Shown: in pieces, positions 26,225-36,134 of the stretch
How the letters are laid out: the number at the start of each line of letters is the position of its first letter
Numbering within the stretch: position 1 is the first letter of the stretch
IMG/VR virus record: IMGVR_UViG_3300044820_000026
Coordinates: 1-41,840 of that record
Strand: one strand, 5' to 3'
Origin: a virus
Lineage: Duplodnaviria > Caudoviricetes
Length of the DNA: 41,840 nucleotides
Translations under genes and position numbers: made by a program
Notes under the pieces: generated by a model
Told to the model about the DNA's origin: nothing
What the model saw: only the letters and a program-made list of their open reading frames with translations
The model's database searches: none

Positions 26225-26523
26225 TGGAACAGTGGAAACACAAGAATGAGCAGAGTAGGCGTAGGGAAGCGTACCGACGCCTATTCCTAGGGGATAATGG
26301 TGAAATTAAACCCGATGCGCAAGTTATACTCCGCGATCTTAAAGCGTTTTGTAGGGCTAATGGTATTATTGGCTACCGTACGCAACAGGGGACAATAGAC
26401 CCTCTTGCTATGGTCAACGCTAATGGACGGCGAGAAGTATGGGACAGGCTAATGCACTTCTTGCATATGCCTGATCGTAAAGTAGTAGAGTTAGATTTAC
26501 CAAGGGACGATTACTATGGTTGA
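26224..26523 (+). CDS. Bbp19-like head protein
   Basis: YRRLF..VILRDLKAFC..NGRREVW; synteny. Confidence 0.65.
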   Translation: MEQWKHKNEQSRRREAYRRLFLGDNGEIKPDAQVILRDLKAFCRANGIIGYRTQQGTIDPLAMVNANGRREVWDRLMHFLHMPDRKVVELDLPRDDYYG

Positions 26524-27430
26524 AGTTACGGCAATGTCGGGCATGGCGGCAATTCAAGGGGGTGCAGGTGCTAACAGTGGTGCCAGTGGCGGCGTACCTG
26601 CATCTAGCAATGGCAATGGGGGCGCTCCTGGCGTCACTCCTAGCGGTGCTGGTGGTGAAGGTGCACCCGCTAGTTGGTTTGCGCCGGAATACGCTAACGT
26701 TGTGCAGACGAAAGGCTGGCAGAGCGCTAACGACGCTATTAAGTCGTATTCGAGCTTGGAAACTCTCCTAGGAGAGAAGGCTTCGGCTATCGTTCCGCCT
26801 AAAGCGGATGCAGCGCCGGAAGATTGGGGGAAGTTCTACGAGAAACTTGGTCGCCCCGCTGATCCTAATATGTATAAGTTCAGCAAAGAGGGAATGGACC
26901 CTAAAATTGCGCCAGAAATCGGCAAGTGGTTCCACGAACAGGGCTTGAACGATAAACAGGCTGAGGGTATCCTTAAACAATACAACGAGTTTAACACTAA
27001 GTACCAGTCTGAGGCAGATCAAGCCGCAATGGTACAGTCGAACAATGACCTCTTAGACTTACAAAAGGATTGGGGTAATAAGTTCGATGACACCATTGAA
27101 CTCGCGAGGCGCGCGACACAACACGCCATCGAGAAGGCAGGACTTACACCGGATCAGTTGAACCAGTTCGAACGGTCCGTTGGAACGAAAACTATGTTGA
27201 AGATGATGGCGGAATTTGGTAATATGTTTCGTGAAGCGGGCGCACCGGACGCGGGAAAGAACAGTTTTAGTGCTACACCGCAGGCGGCTAAGTCGGAGAT
27301 TACTAGGTTGCAGTCAGACCCCGAATTTAGGGCGCGTTACTACCATAACGACCCTACGATTAGGAACGCTGCAATCGACCAAATGAATGACCTAGCCAAA
27401 CGTGCGTATGGCGACGCGCCGGTAACCTAG
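26516..27430 (+). CDS. Capsid scaffolding protein
   Basis: Low-complexity N-terminus; FYEKLGRP, LQKDWG; upstream of MCP. Confidence 0.8.
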   Translation: MVEVTAMSGMAAIQGGAGANSGASGGVPASSNGNGGAPGVTPSGAGGEGAPASWFAPEYANVVQTKGWQSANDAIKSYSSLETLLGEKASAIVPPKADAAPEDWGKFYEKLGRPADPNMYKFSKEGMDPKIAPEIGKWFHEQGLNDKQAEGILKQYNEFNTKYQSEADQAAMVQSNNDLLDLQKDWGNKFDDTIELARRATQHAIEKAGLTPDQLNQFERSVGTKTMLKMMAEFGNMFREAGAPDAGKNSFSATPQAAKSEITRLQSDPEFRARYYHNDPTIRNAAIDQMNDLAKRAYGDAPVT

Positions 27431-27583
27431 TAGGATAATCTACCAAGTCTCTGAAAGGGTAAAGATAGAGGTAGACCCTAAGCACACAAACTCTAGCCGT
27501 AGCTCTCCGTGTCAGGCGGGTAAGGGTGATTGGCCGAATAAAGCTGATTACACTCTAACCTTAGCCAACACGGAGAAGCCATT

Positions 27584-28525
27584 ATGGCATTTACAATTCC
27601 TGTACATATGGTTCAGCAATACGTTGCTAACCTCGAAATACTGCTACAGCAGCAGGGCGGAAAGCTTGTCGATAAGGTAACTAAGGGTTCCTACCACGGC
27701 AAGTCCGTTAAGTTCATTGAGCAGTTCGGCCCCATCATTCCTAGCCGTAACTTGCCCCGCCAGTCAGATACACCTTTGAGCAATCCCGTAGACGATGCGC
27801 GTTGGATACAGCCCGCAGACTACGACGCAGGCGTACTGATTGATAGCCAAGATAAGCTTCGCTTGCTTATTGATCCTAAGTCCGGTTACCTCATGAATAT
27901 GGTTGAGGGTATGCGCCGCGCTCAGGATGATGAAATCCTTAACGCCTTCTTCGCTAACTCGCTTACCGGCCCTGATGGCACGACTACGTGTACTTGGGCA
28001 TCAGGCGACGGCCTAGGCTCACCGGGCGGTACGACGGTAGCCCTCAACGTTGGCGGTACGAACTCCGGTATGAACGTAGCTAAACTTCGTGCAGCGAAGA
28101 AAGCTATGATTAAGAACGGTGTTAATCTCGACAGCGACCAGCTTTGGGTACTTCTCGATAGCCGCAGGCATGACGAACTGCTTAACGAAGTGCAGGTGGT
28201 CAACCTCGACTATAATACTAAGCCGGTCCTCGTGGATGGTAGGGTTACGGCCTTCATGGGCTTTAACTTCGTTATCGTGGAATGGTCTAGCGCCTCTGAC
28301 TATCCGCTTATCGCTTCTACGGGTACCATGGTCAACGGCACGACTGACTATATTCCGTGTTGGGCGCAGAGCGGTATGCACTTCGGTGACTGGAATACGC
28401 TTGAAACCGACATCGGGCCGAGACGCGATAAGCGTAATGCGCAGCAGATTTATGTTACGCAAACTATCGGCGCATCCCGCGTACAAGAAAAGAAGGTCGT
28501 ACAGATCGCTTGCTACAACGGCTAA
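27584..28525 (+). CDS. Major capsid protein
   Basis: LLQQQGGKL, DKLRLLIDP, RAQDDEI, FMGFNF, GASRVQEKKVV. Confidence 0.9.
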   Translation: MAFTIPVHMVQQYVANLEILLQQQGGKLVDKVTKGSYHGKSVKFIEQFGPIIPSRNLPRQSDTPLSNPVDDARWIQPADYDAGVLIDSQDKLRLLIDPKSGYLMNMVEGMRRAQDDEILNAFFANSLTGPDGTTTCTWASGDGLGSPGGTTVALNVGGTNSGMNVAKLRAAKKAMIKNGVNLDSDQLWVLLDSRRHDELLNEVQVVNLDYNTKPVLVDGRVTAFMGFNFVIVEWSSASDYPLIASTGTMVNGTTDYIPCWAQSGMHFGDWNTLETDIGPRRDKRNAQQIYVTQTIGASRVQEKKVVQIACYNG

Positions 28526-28587
28526 GTCTAACGGTAGTGCGGTGTACACCGCACTATTAAGCCACCTCTAATTAGGGATAACAGGAT

Positions 28588-29019
28588 ATGACGATCTACT
28601 ATTCTACCGAAACCGCTCCCGCAGGCCTTACGCCTCCGGTGCGTGTATCTGACGTAGGCCAGCGTGGGCGCGTTAAGACACTTAAGAACTCCATTACACT
28701 TGCGTCGCAGGTGTTCGGTTCTAACTACATCTACTTGGGCAATCTCCCCCAGGGTTCACGCTTCCGTAAAATTACGATGACTACGGACACGTCGCTTGGC
28801 TCGTCAACTATCGGTATCGGTACGGTTGCTGGCTCCTATATCGACTACAAAACGGCGGCGGTGTTCACGACTACAGAAACACCTACGGAGTACGGCCTTA
28901 CGGCTAAGCGTAATGCGGCGGCACTTACGGCAGACCTCGCGCTTTACGCTATTATCGGCGTAGCCAACTTACCCGCATCGGGTAACTTGTCGATTGATGT
29001 CGAATACGTCGAAAGCTAA
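28588..29019 (+). CDS. Capsid decoration / cement protein
   Basis: Beta-rich, 143 aa, directly after MCP. Confidence 0.6.
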   Translation: MTIYYSTETAPAGLTPPVRVSDVGQRGRVKTLKNSITLASQVFGSNYIYLGNLPQGSRFRKITMTTDTSLGSSTIGIGTVAGSYIDYKTAAVFTTTETPTEYGLTAKRNAAALTADLALYAIIGVANLPASGNLSIDVEYVES

Positions 29020-29023
29020 GACT

Positions 29024-29045
29024 AGAGGGGGCTTAGGCCCCCTTT
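29024..29045 (+). terminator. Intrinsic terminator after head genes
   Basis: AGAGGGGGC-ttag-GCCCCCTTT. Confidence 0.65.
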
Positions 29046-29067
29046 CAACTCCTAGGAGATTAAGCTA

Positions 29068-29310
29068 ATGGCTATTAAAGGCTGGTATATGACTTCACCG
29101 GACGGCAGCAGTCTTGCCGGTGGTGTACCTGCTAGTTATCATGGAATGGTAACGTTTACGGGCGCTTCTTCGGTAACGCTTGACGGTGGTAACATCGAAC
29201 TCGTGTATAACGATGCGAATGTTACCAGTAAGGAAGACCTGTTTAGGGCTATTGACCGCTTGTGGGCAGCGATCAATAACGATCAGTGGCCCCCTAACGG
29301 TCAGAACTAA
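29068..29310 (+). CDS. Putative virion protein
   Basis: AGGAG RBS; structural block. Confidence 0.55.
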   Translation: MAIKGWYMTSPDGSSLAGGVPASYHGMVTFTGASSVTLDGGNIELVYNDANVTSKEDLFRAIDRLWAAINNDQWPPNGQN

Positions 29311-29322
29311 GGAGCGTATTAG

Positions 29323-29706
29323 ATGGTTACCCGTAATAACGCTTCTCCGGTACTAGCCCCTCAGCTAAAGAGTAGGCTAATCACTTGGACAGGTCTACTT
29401 AACGGTGACGTAGGCGATCCGGTAGACATGCAGGGCTACTTTATCGCCTCGGTAGAGTGGGAAGGTACGCCGGGAGTAGGATTTGCGGGGCAGACGCAGA
29501 TTACCAATAAACCCACGGTAGCGCTCAGTGCCGTGTACGGAGGGACACCTACGCAGTGGTCTAGCGTTGCGGGCCTAGCGGCTTCGGCCTCCACGCATGT
29601 AGTACCTAACGCTATTATCCCTTACGCTGCTCAGGTGAGGCCTAATGTCACCGGCGGCGACGGTACTACTAACATGACTTGTCGTATTCTGCTGATGTTC
29701 TACTAA
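29323..29706 (+). CDS. Putative virion protein
   Basis: AGGAG RBS; WTGLLNGD..VRPNVTGGDGTT beta-sandwich. Confidence 0.55.
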   Translation: MVTRNNASPVLAPQLKSRLITWTGLLNGDVGDPVDMQGYFIASVEWEGTPGVGFAGQTQITNKPTVALSAVYGGTPTQWSSVAGLAASASTHVVPNAIIPYAAQVRPNVTGGDGTTNMTCRILLMFY

Positions 29707-29707
29707 T

Positions 29708-30310
29708 ATGTTTACCATAACCGATGTGGTAAACGACGCCTTTTTAGAAATCGGCGTCAATACTATCGTAGATATATCGGATAATGCGCCGCAAGCCATA
29801 CGCGCCGGAGCGCTCTACCCTAGGGTGGTGCGCTCCGAGTTGCGTAAGCACGCGTGGTCCTGCGCACTTACGCGGCAGCAACTCCCCGCTATGTCTACCA
29901 CTCCGCCCTTCGGGTACACTATGCAGTATCAGCTACCCGCCGATTTCATACGGCTATGGATGGTAGGGCTTAACTACATCGACCCTGTACTAACTGATTA
30001 CGTAAGCGGGGATAACTCGGCCTTCTGTATAGAGGGGACTACGCTGCTATGTAACGAAAGTGCACCTCTGCCTATTAGGTATATTAGGGATACGCAGGCC
30101 CTAATAAGTCAATGGGATACTCTATTTAGAGAAGTGGTAGTGCTTAAGCTGGCGCAGAAGCTTATACCTTCTACGATTAAGTCTGATACTAAGTATCAGT
30201 TGATCGGGAAGGAATACGATACGGTTGTTAAGACCGCTAAGCGAGTTAACGCTATTGAACTTCCCCCTACGCCATTAGTAGACAACGCGTGGGAAATGAG
30301 CAGGCTGTAA
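29708..30310 (+). CDS. Tail tubular protein A / adaptor (T7 gp11-like)
   Basis: VNDAFLEIG, LRKHAWSCA, YQLPADFIR. Confidence 0.85.
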   Translation: MFTITDVVNDAFLEIGVNTIVDISDNAPQAIRAGALYPRVVRSELRKHAWSCALTRQQLPAMSTTPPFGYTMQYQLPADFIRLWMVGLNYIDPVLTDYVSGDNSAFCIEGTTLLCNESAPLPIRYIRDTQALISQWDTLFREVVVLKLAQKLIPSTIKSDTKYQLIGKEYDTVVKTAKRVNAIELPPTPLVDNAWEMSRL

Positions 30311-30311
30311 A

Positions 30312-32609
30312 ATGTCGCGTGGTGTACCGGGCATACTATCATTTAACGCGGGCGAACTTAGTTCGCTTATGGACGCTCGCGTTGACCAAGATAAGTACCA
30401 AATGGGGTGTAAGACCCTAACGAACTTCTTATGCACGGTACAAGGCCCCGCTGTTCGTAGAGGCGGAACACGCTACGTAGCTACGACCAAGAACAACGGG
30501 CAGGCGTGGTTATCTAGGTTCATATTCAATAGAACACAGGCCTATATACTCGAATGGGGCGGACCCGGTACGGGTTCGGGGTATCTGCGCTTCTATGTAG
30601 GGCGCGGCCAGCTTCTTAACCTAAGCGTACCTTACGAGATAGCTACGCCTTGGAGCTATAGCGACCTAACGACTACAGATGGTACGTTCGCCCTACAGTT
30701 CGCACACTGCGCGGATGTTTGCTATATTACGCATATGTCGGGTAACTATCCGGTGTATAAGCTATCTCGCCTAGGCGCTACGAATTGGACCTTAGTACCT
30801 GCTACATTCGTAGGTGGACCTTTCAATACGGTTAACCCGAATAATAGCACTCTTACGGTGACCCCTTCGGGCCTAGGGTCAATCGGGACTTATGGTCCGT
30901 TCGGTGCTACAGCTATTACGCTTACAGCTAGTTCTGCGCTGTTTAATCCCGGCCATGTAGGCTCTTTATTCTACATGGAGAGCATAGATTATAGTGGTTA
31001 CACCGCTTGGAGCACAGCGCTAGCCGCTTCGGCGGGGCAAATGGTGCAGTATGACGGAAACGTATACATAGCGCAGACCAGTCACGCGTCGGGCGTAGTA
31101 CCTCCTACGCATCTATCAGGAATTATGAACGATGGCGGCGTAAGCTGGCTATACGCACATTCGGGATATGGATGGGCCGTAATAACGGGGTACACCAGCC
31201 CAACAGTTGTTAATGCTACGATCTTAGGCAGGCCCCCAGGTGCGGGAAATAATGGTGGCGTAAACGGAGCTACCGAAACTCCTATAGCCCTTACGCGTTA
31301 CGCGTTTCAGTCGTGGAATTACTCAGATGGCTACCCTATAGCTATTAACTTCTACAAGAATAGACTGGCTCTATGTTTTGGGCGGAAGGCTAATTTATCC
31401 AGTTCAGGCGCTTATGAGGACTTTACACCTAAGACCGGATTTCAGGTGTTGGATAGCAATGCCATAAATCTAACCCTAGGAATGAAGGAGCTTACCCCTA
31501 TTCGATGGATTTCCGGTAATAGGGATTTGCTATGCGGGACGGACAGCCAAGAATTTACGCTACAATCTCAGACGGAAAATTTAGTATTTAGTCCATCTAA
31601 CATTAAGATGGTCCCGCAAACGAATGTGGGTACTAGACTGCAAGAGCCTATCGAGTATGGAAACGCTACACTCTATGTAGAGTTTAGCGGTCAACGCCTG
31701 CGCGAAGCTAAGTATGACTACTCAATAGACCGATACGCTACTGAAGACGTATCTATACTAGCCGAGCACATACCCGCTTTAGGCATACAGGACCTTTGTA
31801 TGCAGAAGGATCACGATCCGGTTGTATGGACGCCCCTAGGGGACGGAAGCCTTGGGGCTATGACGTATAATAGGGATCGTAAGGTATTAGCGTGGCATCA
31901 CCATTATTTAGGCGGTGCTAATGCTACGAATGGGCAACCTTGGGCCTATGTATGGTCCGCTGAGGCCATTCCTTCTCCGTTGTCTAATAGGGATGATGTT
32001 TGGTTCGTAGCCGAGCGCGTAATAAACGGTTCTACAGTTAGATACATCGAGTATCTTGAAGACTACAAGCTAGTAGAACAGGGGCTACAATACGGCTTAT
32101 ACGCGGACGCGGGGTTAACCTATAATGGTGCTCCGGCTACTACGATCACAGGCCTAGGGCATTTGATAGGCCAAACCGTTAAAGTATTGGCAGACGGCGG
32201 TGTGCACCCGCCTTGTGTAGTATCCCCAGGTGGCACGATTACACTTAACTACGCGGCCAGTGTCGTTAACATTGGGTTAGGTTACACCTCTACCTTACAG
32301 ACTATGCGCCCCGAATTTGGTTCGCAAGATGGTACGGCGCAGAGCCGTATCAAGACTATAGGTGAATGTGTATTTAGGTTTAGAAACACGGTAGGCGGCT
32401 ACGTCGGAACTGATCTAAGCCAAATGTATCCAATACCCTTTAGGTATAGGACACTGCCTTTTGGTAGCGTTATACCGATGATTTCAGGAGATACGGCCGT
32501 AGACTTATCGTCAGGATGGGATAGAGACGCGTTTATATGCGTGCAGCAGTCCGATCCTTTGCCTATGACCCTTGTAGCGATCTACCCAAGGATCACTACG
32601 AATGATTAG
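30312..32609 (+). CDS. Tail tubular protein B / nozzle (T7 gp12-like)
   Basis: SFNAGELS, QGPAVRRGG, QSDPLPMTLVAI. Confidence 0.9.
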   Translation: MSRGVPGILSFNAGELSSLMDARVDQDKYQMGCKTLTNFLCTVQGPAVRRGGTRYVATTKNNGQAWLSRFIFNRTQAYILEWGGPGTGSGYLRFYVGRGQLLNLSVPYEIATPWSYSDLTTTDGTFALQFAHCADVCYITHMSGNYPVYKLSRLGATNWTLVPATFVGGPFNTVNPNNSTLTVTPSGLGSIGTYGPFGATAITLTASSALFNPGHVGSLFYMESIDYSGYTAWSTALAASAGQMVQYDGNVYIAQTSHASGVVPPTHLSGIMNDGGVSWLYAHSGYGWAVITGYTSPTVVNATILGRPPGAGNNGGVNGATETPIALTRYAFQSWNYSDGYPIAINFYKNRLALCFGRKANLSSSGAYEDFTPKTGFQVLDSNAINLTLGMKELTPIRWISGNRDLLCGTDSQEFTLQSQTENLVFSPSNIKMVPQTNVGTRLQEPIEYGNATLYVEFSGQRLREAKYDYSIDRYATEDVSILAEHIPALGIQDLCMQKDHDPVVWTPLGDGSLGAMTYNRDRKVLAWHHHYLGGANATNGQPWAYVWSAEAIPSPLSNRDDVWFVAERVINGSTVRYIEYLEDYKLVEQGLQYGLYADAGLTYNGAPATTITGLGHLIGQTVKVLADGGVHPPCVVSPGGTITLNYAASVVNIGLGYTSTLQTMRPEFGSQDGTAQSRIKTIGECVFRFRNTVGGYVGTDLSQMYPIPFRYRTLPFGSVIPMISGDTAVDLSSGWDRDAFICVQQSDPLPMTLVAIYPRITTND

Positions 32610-33009
32610 GGTAAGGCCGACACTTCTAGAAGACTTTAGGCGTATTAACGCTAGGGAGGGTATTCCATACACCTTCGCAGATTGCGTTAACGTCTTCATA
32701 CACAGTAATTCTATAATGACAGCGGAACGAGAGGGCTATCCCTTGTTTATAGCTGATAGCAAACCGTATGAAGACGGCCTATATATTTGGGCGCTGGCTG
32801 ATGAAAGCTTCGTTAAACATTACCGCGCAGTAGTTGCGCGTATAAAGCGCTGGCTAGGGCTATTTAATCATAGCGTAGTCTACGCTCACGTTAAGGATGG
32901 GGACGAACCAGGGCGCAAGTTTATTCGGTTCCTAGGGTTTCAGCTAGACAAGCTCGATCACTTAGAACTAAAGGGCGCTAAGTTCCACCGATACAAGAGG
33001 GCGATGTAA
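32602..33009 (+). CDS. GNAT-fold protein (T7 gp13-like)
   Basis: KFIRFLGF; synteny. Confidence 0.6.
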   Translation: MIRVRPTLLEDFRRINAREGIPYTFADCVNVFIHSNSIMTAEREGYPLFIADSKPYEDGLYIWALADESFVKHYRAVVARIKRWLGLFNHSVVYAHVKDGDEPGRKFIRFLGFQLDKLDHLELKGAKFHRYKRAM

Positions 33010-33515
33010 TGGCATTTTTACCCGTAATAGGGGCTATGGGGAGCCTAGGTAGTATCTCCACTGTGGCCACTATAGGTGCGTCCATGCTAGGAGCGGTAGG
33101 CAGTATAGCTCAAGGTCAGGCTTCCCAACAGGCTCAACAGTATAACGCTAAGGTAGCACAGATACAGGCTACTACAGCGGAAAACCAAGCGGCCTCACAG
33201 TCCGCCAATATAGTTGACGCCACTAGGCGCAAGGTAGGTACGGCTATCGCCGCAGGCGGTGAAAGCGGTATAGATACCTCAGAGGGCAGCTTTCGCGACC
33301 TGTTAGCGAATACGTCCGCGTTCGGCCACTTAGACGCGCTTACGGCCCTTTATAAAGGTAACGTTCTCGCTACAGGATACCGTAACCAAGCTGCGGCGGA
33401 CATCTACGCAGGCGATCAGGCCGCTCTTGGTGGATGGATGGGCGCAGGCACTAGCCTTATGCGTGGCGTAGCTACAGCTTATAAACCCGGTGGCTCAGCA
33501 AGCTTGGACATATAA
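33009..33515 (+). CDS. Internal virion / ejection protein (gp14-like)
   Basis: Gly/Ala hydrophobic N-terminus; Gln/Ala helix; ESGID. Confidence 0.75.
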   Translation: MAFLPVIGAMGSLGSISTVATIGASMLGAVGSIAQGQASQQAQQYNAKVAQIQATTAENQAASQSANIVDATRRKVGTAIAAGGESGIDTSEGSFRDLLANTSAFGHLDALTALYKGNVLATGYRNQAAADIYAGDQAALGGWMGAGTSLMRGVATAYKPGGSASLDI

Positions 33516-36134
33516 ATGCCCCTAGCACCTTTTGACCAAAAAGTAGACGTATCCGCACAGCAGGGTATGCCTCAGTCTCAAATGACTGGCGAGTACACGC
33601 GCCAGCCGGGGCTAGCACTTGAGAATATGTCTATCCAAGCGCAGAAGGTTGTACGCGCTTACGATCAAGAGCAAGAGAAGCTTGCTACGTATAAGGGTAT
33701 GCAGGTAGAGCAGCAGTTTCAAACGCAGCAAACGTTAGCGCTAGATCAGGCTAAGCGTAGCTCTACAGATGGAGCGCCTAACTTAGCTAAAGACTACATG
33801 AATGACTATCAGACCGCAGAGGATCAAGCCTTAAAGAATATTGATCCTACGGTAGCGGCTAAGTTCGCGCCAAGGTTCGATCTACTAAAGCAGCACTTTA
33901 CGGTACAGGCCTATTCGGCAGAACAGGGCGCTAGAGACAACTTCTACGCCAATAGCTTGAATAAGAACATAGATGACGCGGCTAAAAAGATACGCGATGA
34001 TCCGTCGTCGTATCCGTACGTCATTAGTCAAACCCTTGATAACATCAACGCGACTACTCTGCCCGAAGACCTAAAGCAGAAGTTCCGAGATAATATTACT
34101 AATTCGACCGGGCCGACTGCACTATTTAATGCAGATAATGAGGCAAACCCGCGTAAGGTTGCTACGGATATTGGATTAGCTGTACCTCCCGGTGATGGAT
34201 TGCCAGGGGGGCAAAGCAGTATTCGAAGCCTAGGGTTGTCGCCTAACGGGCCTATGGCCACTATTACGACTAACAGCGGCGCTAAGCTTACTGTAGCGGC
34301 TCCCGGTGCACACCAATTTGCCAATTTCATACAGGCTTTGGAAGCGCAGGGCTACAATATTGACCCTAGCGACGTTTCCAGCTTTAGACCTGGCTCTAGG
34401 GTCGCGGGTACGGGCGGCTTATCCTTCCATTCGGTAGGGGCGGCGATTGATCTTAACGCTAGCGAAAATAGGCCCAATACTGGCAGTAAGACGGATATGC
34501 CTGCTAACGTAGACCAGTTAGCGAAAGAGAACGGGCTAATATGGGGTGGCCATTTTGGCCCAGGTGCAAGCTATAAAGATAGTATGCACTTCAAGCTTGA
34601 TAAGTATATTAAGCCTGAAGACCTGCCTAAGTACGGCGGTACACCGCCCTACGTTCAAGGCGCTACTCCCTTACAAATCAATGGAAGGGCTATTGATCCT
34701 AGCGCTGTTACACGCCTAGGGATAACTAATCCTAGGCAGGTTTCAATACTAAACGACGTTAGGGGTAAAGCGCAGGAAATCGGGTTTAGTCCTGATGTAG
34801 CGGCAGCTACGCTGTACCTCGAAAATCATACTATGGACCCCGGCGACGTAAGCGCTACTGGTATGCGGGGCCTCTACCAGCTTGATAGCGATCACAGCAC
34901 CAAGTACGGCGAGACAAGTACGATAGCGGGCCAGATAAACGCAGGCGTTCGTAGCGTTCAAGAGCGGGAGGCTTCGGCTAGGGCGTTCCTAGGCCGTGAG
35001 CCTCAGCCGTGGGAAACATACTTATTCCACTATCAAGGCGAGGGCGGTGCAGCGGCTCTACTAAAGGCGGACCCTGCCGAGAGCGTATTTAGTGCACTAT
35101 CCAGTAAGCTAGGTGCGAACTACGCAGCTAAGGTTATAGCGGGTAACCCCGATACGGCAGGTAAATCCGTAGGTGCGTTCTTAGATGGTATTAAGCAGCG
35201 TATGAACAACGCGCTAGCTGTTACAGGCGGCGCGTATGATCCTTCTATGCCTACTACATCCCCGGCCTATGCAGGCGTATCCTACGATACTATGCAGAAG
35301 TTCCGGCAGACTAACGCAGCTACTATACAGGCCCAGGATAACGCAGACTTTAAGGCCCAAACGGATTACCTAAAGATACAGCAAGACGGCACACAGAAAG
35401 ACTTAACCGATCTATTGCAGGCTAATAAGCTTACGCCTGAAGCCGTGGCTACGTATAGAGACGTGCTTACCGCTCCCGAATATCAAAAGTGGATGAAGAC
35501 GGCTACAGATAGCCAAAGCGAAGACCCTGTAAAGGTATCGAACTTTCCAGTCTATAAGCAAATTCGGGATTGGGCGGCGGACCCCGATCAGGCCTATAGG
35601 GTTAAAGAGCAGGCTACGCAGGCCGTGCTTAACGGTTTTCTTAGCCGAGCAGATTACGACAAGCTTAACACTGCGGCAGATAAGACTATAGCCGATAATC
35701 AGCCGGGGCTATCCGGCACGGCTAGGAACCAGGCACGCGGCGACGCCATTAAAGAGCTATACGACTACGTGAATAATCCTATGTTTAAGACACAGCAGGG
35801 TTTGCTTACGGCGGATGGCAAGCGTAGGGAGTTTGACGCGTGGTACGCAGACCATCCCCAGGCTACTTATGCGGACATAGACGATAAGCTTACACAAATG
35901 AAACAGTCTATTGATACGGATCGTGTAGCTCAGGGATATTTTAATGACGGACTTAAGAAGTTATCCGTTAAGAGGATAGAGGACGTTACGCCTGAGATTA
36001 TGGCTAAGAAAAGCGCGGCGCTTGTAGCTTCCGTAGGGAAAGCCGGTATAAACCAACGGGATATTATAGAAACCCAAAAGGCTTTAATGGAAGTTCAGCG
36101 GCGTATTGATAACGCTAAGAAGGTCACAAAATAA
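33516..36134 (+). CDS. Ejection protein with M15 peptidase and lysozyme-like domains
   Basis: SFHSVGAAIDLN..WGGHF..DSMHF; LYLEN..GLYQL..YLFHYQGEGGA. Confidence 0.8.
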   Translation: MPLAPFDQKVDVSAQQGMPQSQMTGEYTRQPGLALENMSIQAQKVVRAYDQEQEKLATYKGMQVEQQFQTQQTLALDQAKRSSTDGAPNLAKDYMNDYQTAEDQALKNIDPTVAAKFAPRFDLLKQHFTVQAYSAEQGARDNFYANSLNKNIDDAAKKIRDDPSSYPYVISQTLDNINATTLPEDLKQKFRDNITNSTGPTALFNADNEANPRKVATDIGLAVPPGDGLPGGQSSIRSLGLSPNGPMATITTNSGAKLTVAAPGAHQFANFIQALEAQGYNIDPSDVSSFRPGSRVAGTGGLSFHSVGAAIDLNASENRPNTGSKTDMPANVDQLAKENGLIWGGHFGPGASYKDSMHFKLDKYIKPEDLPKYGGTPPYVQGATPLQINGRAIDPSAVTRLGITNPRQVSILNDVRGKAQEIGFSPDVAAATLYLENHTMDPGDVSATGMRGLYQLDSDHSTKYGETSTIAGQINAGVRSVQEREASARAFLGREPQPWETYLFHYQGEGGAAALLKADPAESVFSALSSKLGANYAAKVIAGNPDTAGKSVGAFLDGIKQRMNNALAVTGGAYDPSMPTTSPAYAGVSYDTMQKFRQTNAATIQAQDNADFKAQTDYLKIQQDGTQKDLTDLLQANKLTPEAVATYRDVLTAPEYQKWMKTATDSQSEDPVKVSNFPVYKQIRDWAADPDQAYRVKEQATQAVLNGFLSRADYDKLNTAADKTIADNQPGLSGTARNQARGDAIKELYDYVNNPMFKTQQGLLTADGKRREFDAWYADHPQATYADIDDKLTQMKQSIDTDRVAQGYFNDGLKKLSVKRIEDVTPEIMAKKSAALVASVGKAGINQRDIIETQKALMEVQRRIDNAKKVTK

